A DNA stretch of 53,600 nt from a virus. Its lineage: Duplodnaviria > Caudoviricetes. The stretch is from positions 1-53,600 of IMG/VR virus record IMGVR_UViG_3300014060_000001; one strand, written 5' to 3'. This document shows, piece by piece, positions 27,100 through 39,000 of the stretch. The notes under the pieces are model-generated. The model saw only the letters and a list, made by a program, of their open reading frames with translations. It made no database searches and was not told where the DNA came from. The position numbers and the translations under genes are program-made. The number at the start of each line of letters is the position of its first letter. Positions within the stretch are counted from its first letter, which is position 1.

Positions 27100-30000
27100 T
27101 TAACATTCTTCTATACGCTTATTAACCTCTTCTAATGTAGGGGAGATTGTAGTCCTACTAGACACTGTATACTGGCCATTACCCTGATTCTCCAAGTGAA
27201 TCATTTGCTTATTAGGTAATGAATAAACCCCTGTACGTATTTCCATACTCATGCCCACTTCACCATCTAATTCAGTCAGCATTTGTATAATACCTTCTGT
27301 TATCCCTGGTACAGCTTGTATAGGATTAGTTGCCCTAGCTGTGTATAGTTGATCAGAACTCTTGTTATTTTCTTCTTCTTTAGTATTCACAATTCTATCG
27401 TTTTTAGAATCTACCTGTATAGCACCTGCAATAACTTCATTTAAGAATCTACCAGTAGATTTACTAGTTTGTGTAGCCATTTGTAAGAAAGTACTTTCAT
27501 TAATATTATAAGGGATATCGTAATTCCTCTTCTCTGTACTACGAGATAAGCCATTCTCTACAATATTAAATACCCTATCATACTTAATGCTCTTTTTAGG
27601 TATACGGTAGTAAATTAACTTAGTTTCGTCACCTGTTACAGTATAACCACCAAACTTATATAGTTGTATATCTCCTTCCACCATATTCTTAAGGTAAGGT
27701 TTACCAAATACAGTACCATCTCCAGTTCCAATTCCAAACTTAGCATAAGGAAGTGTAATCATACTATTCTGTCCTATACCTTCTTGTATATCGCTAGACT
27801 TAAAGTTAGAAACAATCTCTTTTTCTGACCAAGAGTTTACCATTATCTCGTCCATCATATATGCAAATGCACTTGACTGTCTAGATGCTACTTTCTTCCT
27901 CTTTATAAAGTCATTATATCCTGTATCAATAAGTATCTCAGCAGGAACTAGATTATGAAAAGAGTTGGCACCTGATTTAAATCCAGATGTAAAGTAAGAA
28001 TACTTAAATAAATCTAAAGCAAATTGCCTTGTATCTTCATTTACATATAATTCTCTCCATCCTGATACTATACTATTGATATGAAAAGGATCTTCTGGCT
28101 TTCTAACTGATAAGAAACTAGGGCCATCCTGCCTATATACAGGTGTAAATATAGAGAATATAGCGTTACCTTTAGCTTGTGGCCATTTAGTACCCATTTG
28201 TATCTCCTCTATAATCTTAGGAATTGAAGTATTACCTTTAAATAGTTTATCTACTTCTTCACGCTTCATGCCTGTAGGATTAGTATTAGCATCAAATACA
28301 AAGAATTCAGAAGCTACTTGTGTATAGATAGCACTAGATATCTTATTAACTAGCTTTTCATCCGCTACATAAGTCATACCAGTTATATCTAATATCTTCC
28401 TATGCAATTCAACAAATGCAGGAGAGCCTTCTAATAGAGTTGCTCCTACAGAGTCTTGAACCATACCTACTGAATTGTCTGTCATAGTGCCTAAGAATGT
28501 ATCACTGAATAGCCTGTCAAAATTCCTAATACCAGACCCTGAATTAGATTCAATACTAAGTTTCTCTATCTTATTCCTGAATAAATTAACCGCTGAAAGT
28601 TGAGATCCAAACCTCTTAGTATCCACCCTACTAGCAAGAATAGCTTGCTTTAAGGAGTCTGAGAAAGTCAGTAAGTATTCAAATCCATTATATATAGTTA
28701 ACTGAGTTCTATAGTAATCTATATCTAAAGGTATGCCATTCTTCCTGTTCTCTCCTGCTTTTTTAGCTTGTTTTACTAAACCTTCTTGGTTATGTATCAT
28801 GCTTTCAAAAGCCAACTTTCCACTAGGTATAGAATCTATATTCCCACCGAGCCTTATGAACTCTTGTTTATACTTTTTAAGAACTTCTACTTTAGCCTTT
28901 TTAGCATCTATACCTAATTTGTTGTCTTTATTACTTTGAGTTTCTGATACATCTTTAAGTATAGGCTGAGCTATAAATCTGAATGTTTCTCTACCACCAA
29001 CTCCAGCTCTAATGAGTAGGGTAATGACGGGATTTGTATAAGCATTTGCATTCAAATATGCAATCCATGGATCAGCACCAATATCCATGTGGGCATCTAG
29101 TAAAGCTGAGAACCATTCTGTTATATATTCGTTATCTTTACCTTTAAGTCCTGATAATGAAGTAAGTTTTTTTACAGAGGATGGAGGAGTTGTATTCCAT
29201 ACGCCAAGTAAATTTTCATCAACTTCTATTTCAGTATAAGAAACCCCTAAATTCTCTAAGAACATTTTTAATTTCTTTTCTCCAATATTATAGGAGTTAC
29301 TATCTGTATACTGTATATTATCAGTAATTAAAGCTGCTCCACCTTTTAAAGCCTTTCTAACTTCGGCAATAGTTTTATCTATAGCAGGCATATAAACATC
29401 TTCCCCACCTCTTTTTCCAGGTACAGAAACAAATACTACGTCTTTAGAAGTATAATTACCAGTATTAGCCAATTCTTTAGCCTGTTCCGCATAAGTAGCA
29501 GTGCTACTCAAAACCTCACTAGGTCCGAATCCTGCATACTTAGTAGATATTTTAGCTTTACTTTTAGCTTTAACATCTACTTTCTTAATAGGGTTGACGC
29601 TAAATATGTTTTTAATATTTAAATCCCCTTCAAATACAGGGAAGGAAGTTTCTACAATATTCTCTTTAGTAGTATTACCTGCCCCAATATCTTCAAAAAG
29701 ACCTAGATCCACAGATTGACTGAGTATATGATGTGCTCCAGCCAATGCATTAGGGCCAATACCTCTTGCACCAAATTTAAACCTAGATTTAACATCTACT
29801 TGTTCCTCTGGTGATAAATAAGCTAATGGAGAACCTGATATGTCTTCTTGTTGTTCCCATGTATTTCTAACTTCATAAGCTAAATCTTTAAGGATCTCTG
29901 TACCATAACCTAAAGGCTGTGTTCTATGTATTAAATGGCTATCACTATGCCATACTGTAAAGTACATATCTAGTAACCTATTCTGTACAGCTTCTGTAGT

Positions 30001-33000
30001 ATTTTGTTTTATGATAGGCCCCTTTTCAAATTCTGCTAAGTTATCTTTTACCCATTGGTCTTTAATACCTTGAATTTCTAAATTCATGGAATCTTTATGA
30101 GATTTACGTATTATCTTAAGAGTTTCCTTATAATCTTCTGTGTCTATCCCTTCTACTGCAATTCCTGCCTTTTCACGGTACTTTTTATTTATTTCTTTTA
30201 ATTCACTCTTAAGTGCAAGATCAGTATAAGCATTAGCTCTTTCTATAGACGATGAATTGTCCAATGTAAGATACTTAATTCTCTTGCCGTCCTTATAATT
30301 ATGACGTACAACAAACACTTTATCCACATCATAATCTGAACCTGTAACTACTGGGTTTTCTTTAGGTAATACAATGATATCCCCCATATTTTCAGGTAAC
30401 CATTTTTTAACTTTAAAGGTCATTGTAGAGTTCTGAGCCTGTGTAGGTACTCTATACCCCATAGCAACGCTATTAGGATTAGAATCTAACCACTCTACCC
30501 TCTGTTCATGAGTCTTAGTTGCAAAACCTGGTATAATATGTTTAAATAAATTAACTGAAACAAATGTCTCAATAAATCCATCTTTATCGCCCCATTTTAA
30601 CTCATCAGATTTATCTATACTTCTTAAACCTAAATCAGACATTTGTATAAATGATCCCCCTGGTAATTCTGTGTCTATAGTAGCCTTTTTAATTAAAGAT
30701 ATAATCCTAGATTGAATCCATTTTCTAGCATCTGGCATAGAGTCTAAATCTAAATAGAAGTTGTTACCGTCACTATTTAACTTTAACGAATCTACAATAT
30801 GCTGAGGCATATTAGCTTTTCTAGCCTCTACCTTTAACTTATTTATAAACCCTGCCTTATCTGAAATCTGGAAGTTATCGTCTAAATACATATCCTTTTT
30901 GAAATCTTCTACTCCTCTATCTGATAATTCACTTATTACACTATGTACCTCTTCAACTACTTGTCTGCCATTCATTGACTCTTTATCGTCAAATTTATTA
31001 ACATAGTCAGCTTCAAAGTCCACATTACTTATTCCTATCTTCCTCATCTGGCTACCTAAAGCAATATGAGAGGTCTCGTGAGGCGCAGTATTCAACTGCT
31101 TACGTAAGTTCTTAAAGTCTTGTTTATACACAGTTACTAAACCTAAATCTGTAAATTCTTTTTCTGTACCATCTTTAAATATATTACGTCTATCTTTATT
31201 ACCCGATTTCTCAGCTGTATGAAATTTAACTTGATGAATAGGGTCCAAACCTTTACCTTCGTATTTACCCTTAAGTTCCATTCTATCTACTAGTTCCTCT
31301 AATTGAGTACCTTCAACAAATGGTCTATAAAGAGTAGCTAAGGACATTTTATCAAATACAGAATATGATTGTTTACCATTTTGGTAAGTCTTCATATAGG
31401 TAAGCTTCAATGGCTCTGATACTAGATTATATAAACTGATCATCTGAGCATGTTTCAATTCTTTACCGCTAGTAAGTAATTGATATGCTTGCTCTTTAAG
31501 ATCGTTCCATTCTCCTAGTTTAACAGCTAGAGCTCTATACATCTCATTAGTAATGTAAGTTTGAGCATCTGTCTGGTCAGTAGCTTTATAACTGGACAGC
31601 TTCTCTTCTGCTCTTTCTATTGCATCCTCCTTTGAAATACCGTCTTTTTCTACATAGTATTTTGCATGTCTTTCTACTAATTCATCGTATAGAGAAGAAG
31701 ATACAACATGCGAATTAAATGTAGTAACATTATATTGATCTGCTATAATTAATTCATCGTTCTGGTAAGTGTTAGCAGGTATCTCTGTAGCTAAATTACT
31801 ACCAGTAGAAGTATACCCAGTAATACGCTTAATATAATCATCGAAAGATTTAAACGATGCAATATCAGAAGTAAGCATTTTAGACATTTCCAAGCCTGCA
31901 ACTACAGTATTAACTGTATTATCTGCTATTATATTTCTAATTGCACTATCTACTGTAGCACCCTCTTCTCTTAACTTAGATTCTATTATAGTACTAGGGA
32001 TAAGGTTATTATAATATACCCCATTAGATTCAGTTATTATACCATTTTCAACAGCATAGTCTAAAGACTTCTGTATCCTCTCTTTAAGTATGCCTTGCAT
32101 GTAAGCTGGCACCGATTTATACCCAGAACGATTAGTAAAGGTTATAAACTTAGCTCCTCTACCTGCATATTCCCAAGTAGCCTCTCCTTTATCATTTACC
32201 TTTTCAGTCTTAAGCAGCTTACCATTACCATGTATTGCTTTACTACCAACTGGTACTCTAACCCATTCTCCAACTTCATTAGTAGCTATTACAACTTCTC
32301 CTTCTTTTACAACATCCCTACCTTTATAAGGATCTTTCATTGTAAAGTGTAGGTTCTCTACTAAATCAGTTGCATCAAATGCTTCCGAACCGTCTGCCCC
32401 ATCTATAGCATTAAGTACGTTTTCTACTTGTGATTTAGTAAGTATAATACGTTCTCTTTCATCTTTAAAGTAGTTTACAAATTGTTCAATAACATTATCG
32501 CTAACGTTACCCTGTGAATCCAATTGTACTTCCACTTTAGGAACCCCTTTCAAATACTGATACGAACTACGGTCAGCGGGAGTAGGTAAAGTAGTGTAAC
32601 CATTAAAGTTAGCTGAAAGTCTTATAAGATATTCCTCAATATTAGTTACATCTTGGTATCCCCTACCTTCGTCTTGTTCATTCTCCTTATATATAGAAGC
32701 TACTGTCTTTAATTGTAATTCTGAAATCTTAGAAGGATTCTCTCTAAAGTAATTAATCCATGTTGAATTTGTATTATAAACAGCTTTCTGTTTTTGTGCA
32801 AATGTTTCTTCTGGATTCTTCTTAAAGTCATTAATCTGATTAGTTAAGTTTGTATGCTGAGTAACTAAATAGAACATCTTACCTTGGTGCGCTAACAGAG
32901 ACTCCCCTAATGACATTGGGTCTAATGCAGATATTTGGTTAGCAATATAAGCAACTCCTTTTTCATCTCTAAGTACATTATTAAATGTAACCCCTTTATT

Positions 33001-36000
33001 AACAGGCAAGTCATTCATAAGCTTATATACAGAGCCAGAGTCACTAAATATATGCTGAATTTTGTTGCTGATGAAGTCATCAAATGCAGTGTCCTGATTT
33101 TGGCCTTTAGAGCTCATTATAGCCCCTAAATTCTCTTCGCTGATAGTTATACCCACTTCATTAAGTAATGCCTTTAAATCGCCTAAAAGCACTGCATAAT
33201 TAGATATCTTATTATACTTCTTCATCTGGAAGTCTACCTTATCTTTTATGATATTGTACTTCTTCCTAAGAGTATTAAAATAGTCTGGATTTGGTATAGG
33301 GTCTTTACCTTGATTAAAACTAAATAACTTACTGTTTCTTGCAAAGTTCTGATTCCAAGATTTAACTTCTTCTGAGGCAGCAGTCTTAACCATTGCATCT
33401 CCAAAGTGTATATTGATTTCAAAATTCTCTTCTGTAATATAGCTGTTAATAAAGTCTAATCTAGCTTGAGATACTGTATTCCATAATTGTATTCTAAGGC
33501 TATAATCTTGTTTAATATACTTAAGTAAAGTTTCAAATGTAAAACTACCTTTAGCTTTTTCTTCCAGTATATCCATAAGATCCTGAGTAGTTACCACGTT
33601 GGTACTAGACCTTAATAATTCAGCCCAAACTGGTGAAAACTCTGCAAATGCTGGTAAACCAGTTTTAGTATTATTAGATTGATGGTCTGGTAATATAGAC
33701 AGTAATAGTTTAATATTAGCTGCTACGTTATCTTTAGCAGAAGACTCAAATGAAGGTATACCAAAGATCTCAGCCTTAGCCACTACCTCCCCAGATTCTT
33801 CGTCTATCTCTTGACTATCGGCTCTTCTCCTTATATTAAGGTTATTCAGATAGTTCTCCAGATCTTGTTTAATAATATCAAAATTTTCATCTACTATAAT
33901 CTCACTAATCAAATCTCTAAACTTAGACGCTTTGATCTGCTCAGCAGTATTTGTACTTAAAGCGGCTACATTATTATATTGACCTTTAAGATTTATAAGT
34001 CTTTCTTTAAGTAGTGAATAAGATAACTTACTAATATCTTGAGTACCTTCTTTAAGATTTATACTTATAACCCCCTTACGTGTCTGTATGTCAGAGGCTG
34101 CAGTTACTAGTCCGGAAGCTTGCATTAAATTCCTAAATAAGAAATTAATTACTTCTCTGTACTCTTCCCCTGATTGAATATTACTAAACGCCTTACCTCT
34201 TATCTCATAGTTAGCGTACTTTCCTTTTAAAGATTCTAGCTTAGTTTTATCTACTTTTTTATATCTAAACCTGCCTTCGTCAATGTATCTAAACAGTTGT
34301 TGTATGTCAACTTCTGATAGTTTATTTGCTCCGACAAATATAGTTTTAATATAGTTAAATATATTGTTAAAGAACCTTTTAATAGTAGGGATAATACCTT
34401 TCTTTTCAAACCCTTCTTCTTTTAATAACATGAAATTCCTATACTCCTCAGCTAAATGTTCTTCTACTATTTTATCTGTAGCATCTTTTAATTTATACTG
34501 GATTCTAGCTTTTTTGTATATCGCTTGTCTATCCACCTCATTCATTAAGAATAGGGATACTCTGTGAAACGCTTCGTGATACTCTGTACCTATTTCAGCT
34601 GCATTTGATAATAATATAGAATCTACTCTAGCTTGTCCAAAGGCATGCTTATCTTGAGCCAACTCTATTAACCCATCTACAATTTCAATATCGAAGTCTT
34701 TACCTAATTTACTTCTAAGCCATTTTGTAGCTTTAGTAGGATTGTAAGGTCTTTGATCTATAGGAGAATCTGGTACAGTTCTAAAATAAGTATCTATATC
34801 TTCTAAACTTGTAGGCCCATTAGGATCTATTTCGTTAGATGTATTAACACTCTGGTCTTGTAACTCGTCTCCTTTTACTTCAATAACTGGATTAGCTTCA
34901 TCTATAACAGACTCGGCAGTAACTACTTTAGCAGCTTCATTCTCTTTCTCTACTACCTCTACAGTAGTGGCAGGTAAATCAGCATGTAATAGATGTTGAA
35001 AAGCGCTAGCATCTTCTTCTATAATCTTAAACGATGCAGCATCTGTTAAATCTATAGCGCCTAGTTTAGCAACTCTGTCATTTAGATTTTCAAGTACACC
35101 TTCAAACTGAGTTTCTAATATAAATTTACCATCTTCAACTGTACCTAAATAGTATTTAGTATTAGATACCTGAGGATTATAGAAGTACACTGTAGTACCG
35201 CTTCTTTGTATCTTAGCTATATTACTAACTTTAGCAACTCTAAGTTCAGTAGTCTTTTTAGTTGCCTGTTGATTGGATTCTTTTGCAGTTTCTACAATCT
35301 CAGGTTTAGTAATAGGGGCTACCTGCTTTTTAACAACCTTCTTCTCAGTAATAGAAGGGGCAGTTTCGTTAAGTATAATAGTAGGATTATTAGTAATAGA
35401 CTTAGTACCAGGAACTACTCTTAATCTAGTCATTAATGTATCAGAGTTAATCAAGAAGCTTGCATAGTTATCAGTCTCTACATTATAAGACATTGTAGAA
35501 CCAATAGTAAAGTCTTCTCTAGCTGCTAATTTCTTTCCTAAAAAGGGTTTGCTCACTGGATAATTCTTATTGATACTAGCCCATTCTATAAAAGCCTTCT
35601 CTTGCTCTGCAGTAATCTTATTTAGATCAATTAAAGTTTCACCAAATTTAAGGCCTCCTTCTGGAGTAGTCCATAACTGCTTTTGGATATATCTAGATTT
35701 AGACTTGTTATTAGCAGGTACTTCAGTTACATCTTTACCATGAGTAATTAGATGCTTAAGTACATCCTTAACTCTAAGTCCACCTGTAACTCCTACGCCT
35801 ACAAACTTGTCATTACCTTTACCCTTAACCTGTTGTTTAAGAGCTTCTAGTACAATCTTAGCATGTTCTTTTGAAATCTTACTTGGATTTAATTTAACTA
35901 TTACAGACTCTCCATTAGCCGTACGATTAGTACGCCAATAAATATTACCTTTAGACCCTTTACCTGCTCTACGCTCATCTCCTGCAATATATATATTACC

Positions 36001-39000
36001 GTCAGTTAAACCTAGTCCTATCTCTTGGCTAGTTGCCGCATCCCCGAGTTGTTCAAGGAGTTGGGATAAGGAAATGTTAGTATTAGGATCTGTATTGTAA
36101 TGGCCGACTGTTTTTCTTTCTACAGGAAATGTTATAGAATTACCTTTTAACTTCTCAGTTAAAATCTGTCTTCTAGTATTTCTCATAGCCATCATCTTAT
36201 CTTTCTTAGAAGATAATCTAGCATCCATAGCCTCTTTTTCGCTAAGGCCTATTAATTCCCCTGCTTCTACTGTAAGGTGTTTGTAATTAGATTGGTGAGT
36301 ATATATGCCATTTTCAAATACTACAGTACCATCTTGATATGTATACTTAATAGGAATCATGTCTACAAGTTTGTTAAACTCCTTGTATTCATTACTTAAT
36401 GCTTCTAGTACTTTAGAATCTGTTATATCTTTATCTAACGTCTCTTCTATTTTATCTATAGGTACTGACCCTGCTTTTATAGAAGCCTCTAGTCTAGGAT
36501 ACGCATTCCAAAATTCTCTGTAGTCATAGTCTATCTCAGCAGTAACAGTTGCATTACCTACAGCATTGTTAATAGCATGAGTTAAGAACTCGACATTGTT
36601 GACTTTAAACTGTTTAGAATCCCTATCAAAATGTATGTAAGCTAAGGCATCATTAGAATTAATTACACCAGAGAAGAACTCGTCATCTTTACTTTGATCT
36701 TTAGATTCTGACTCATTCATCGACTCTACAGTATCTCCACTCTTAACTGTATTGTCAAATTCGGTAGCTTCTTCAGTTGCCGTCTCTTGCTCAGTTAATC
36801 TACGTTGTGCCTCTGCTTCTATAGCTGCTTTCTCTTCTACAGCCTGTCTAGCTTCTTCTTCTAATTGCTTAGTGGTCTTTTGTTCTACCTCAGTTGTTTG
36901 TTTCTCTGCTGCTTCTGGCGCCACTCTCGGAGAACTTGAAACCTCTGATTGGCTGGGGATTGTAAGAGCTTCTCCTGCAGTTGCGGGTCTAACATCTTTA
37001 ACATTTGATCTAACTTCATTTTGTATTTCTTTAAGGGTTATAGCTTTAGATTTGCTTGTAGCATCTATAGCTTGGTTAATTAAACTTCTAGTTTCTTTAG
37101 TTATCCTATTATAAATTAAACCTTGAGGCTTAACTTTCTTATAACCTTTAGTAGCTTCTCCTTCTCTTAGGTAGTATACTTCATACTGCCCATTAGATTT
37201 ATACACAGCGTAGTCTACACCAGTCTTAGGATCACGAACTATTAGGGCATCAGATTCTGTACCGAAGACTAGATAATCAAATATCCTTTCCTCGACAGCT
37301 TCGTTTACCTCAATGAAGTAAGCTACTGGTTGTACTACAATATCCTCTGTAAAGACGTGTTTAACGCCATTTACGTCCACTAGAGTAACACTGACTGGTA
37401 CACCATTGCGAACCTTAATAGAGTCGCTAGGATTGCCGTAAAATGGGTTTTTATAATACCTGCCATTAATAAGTATAGGATAGGCTCTGCGATCTGTTTC
37501 ATACTCGACTCCTATAGAAGTATGTGATAATGGACTAACTCCCAATTCTTGAAATGACAAGCTGGACTCAGTACCTCCTATTATATATTCCTTGTTGCCT
37601 TCCTCAGTAGATACAAATACAGTACTACCCTCGCTCTGTTTAATGTACCCTAGTTTATCATTATATTCAGCAGGAACATATGTATCCCTACTTACTTCAA
37701 ACAACTCTTTAGGAGTCATCTTCACTACACCGTATACAGCATTAGTATTTTTAACATCCTTAGAAGCAACCTTAGCATCTTCCTTACTCCTTGTAGTAAC
37801 TTCCTGAGCCAGACTTGTAATAGCAGCTTTAGCATCATTTCTATGTTGCTCTAAACTTTTCTGTTGTATTTCAAAGTCCCCTAAAGCATTTATAGACTCG
37901 TTAGATATAGTTGATACTTTATCTTTAGTATACTCTTTACCACCTAATTGAGGCATAATATTATAGAATACCATAGCAGAATCAGACACTTTTGCAGGTC
38001 TACCTAATGTTCTTTCTATTCTATTTAGATCATGATATTCAACCTCCCCAGTTTCAAAGTCAGTAGTATAAGCCCTCTCAAGCTTATCTTGCATGAAATT
38101 AAGAGTAAGTCTACCCCTATTACCTGTACCATTACTTTGAACTTCTTTGGCTATCAGGGTACGCTCATTAACTATATTTCCCTCTTCAGTACCATCAGTA
38201 TATATAATATGTACACTGCCATCTTTCTCATTCTTCTTATAGAAGTACGAAGGATTAGTAGAATCCATATCTCCGTTAACTACTTTAGATTTCTCTAAGT
38301 CAGCTACGTAACCATTGTCTTGTGCTTGAGCAGGTGTAAGCGTAGTTGTAGAGAGAGTAGGAGATAGATTAGTTTTGACTGGAGTATCTGATTTAGTAGT
38401 CGCTGCTTTAGTTGCAACAGAATCGTTATCTTCTGCAATATTTCTACCTTCAGATTCTTCTTTAAGTATACGCTGTTCTTCTATATACCTATCCTTTTGC
38501 TTTTTAAAGCTTAGCAAGTCTTTTAGCTTTAACTCTGAATTAGTCAGTTCAGATTTAGCCTGCTCTAATAACTTAGCGGCTTTTTTACCTTCTTTAATCT
38601 CCTGTTCAGAATTCAGATTCTTTAAAGCTTCTACACCTGCTATTCTACCGTTACCAGCAGCTTCACCTTTACGTACTGTATCCTCTAGTTCTTTTATTTT
38701 CTCACTAAGGAATAACTGCTTAGAAGCTTCTTGGTACTGCTCAATAGTAACTAACTCTTTGCGAATTCTATCCCCATTGCTTTTACCAAAATTATTAAGA
38801 CCGCCGTAATTATTCTTTATAGATCTGTATATCTCATCTAAAGATTTAGCAGTCTTAGAATATTTATCTTTTAAACCATTTATATAATCTTCTTGCTCCT
38901 TATTGTCTTCTGTTATAAATCCAGCCTCAGTAAGGTCTTCAACTTCCCTAGCTGCAAATTTATCTATAAGACCTTGTACAGCATCAGTATCTCCGCCTTC

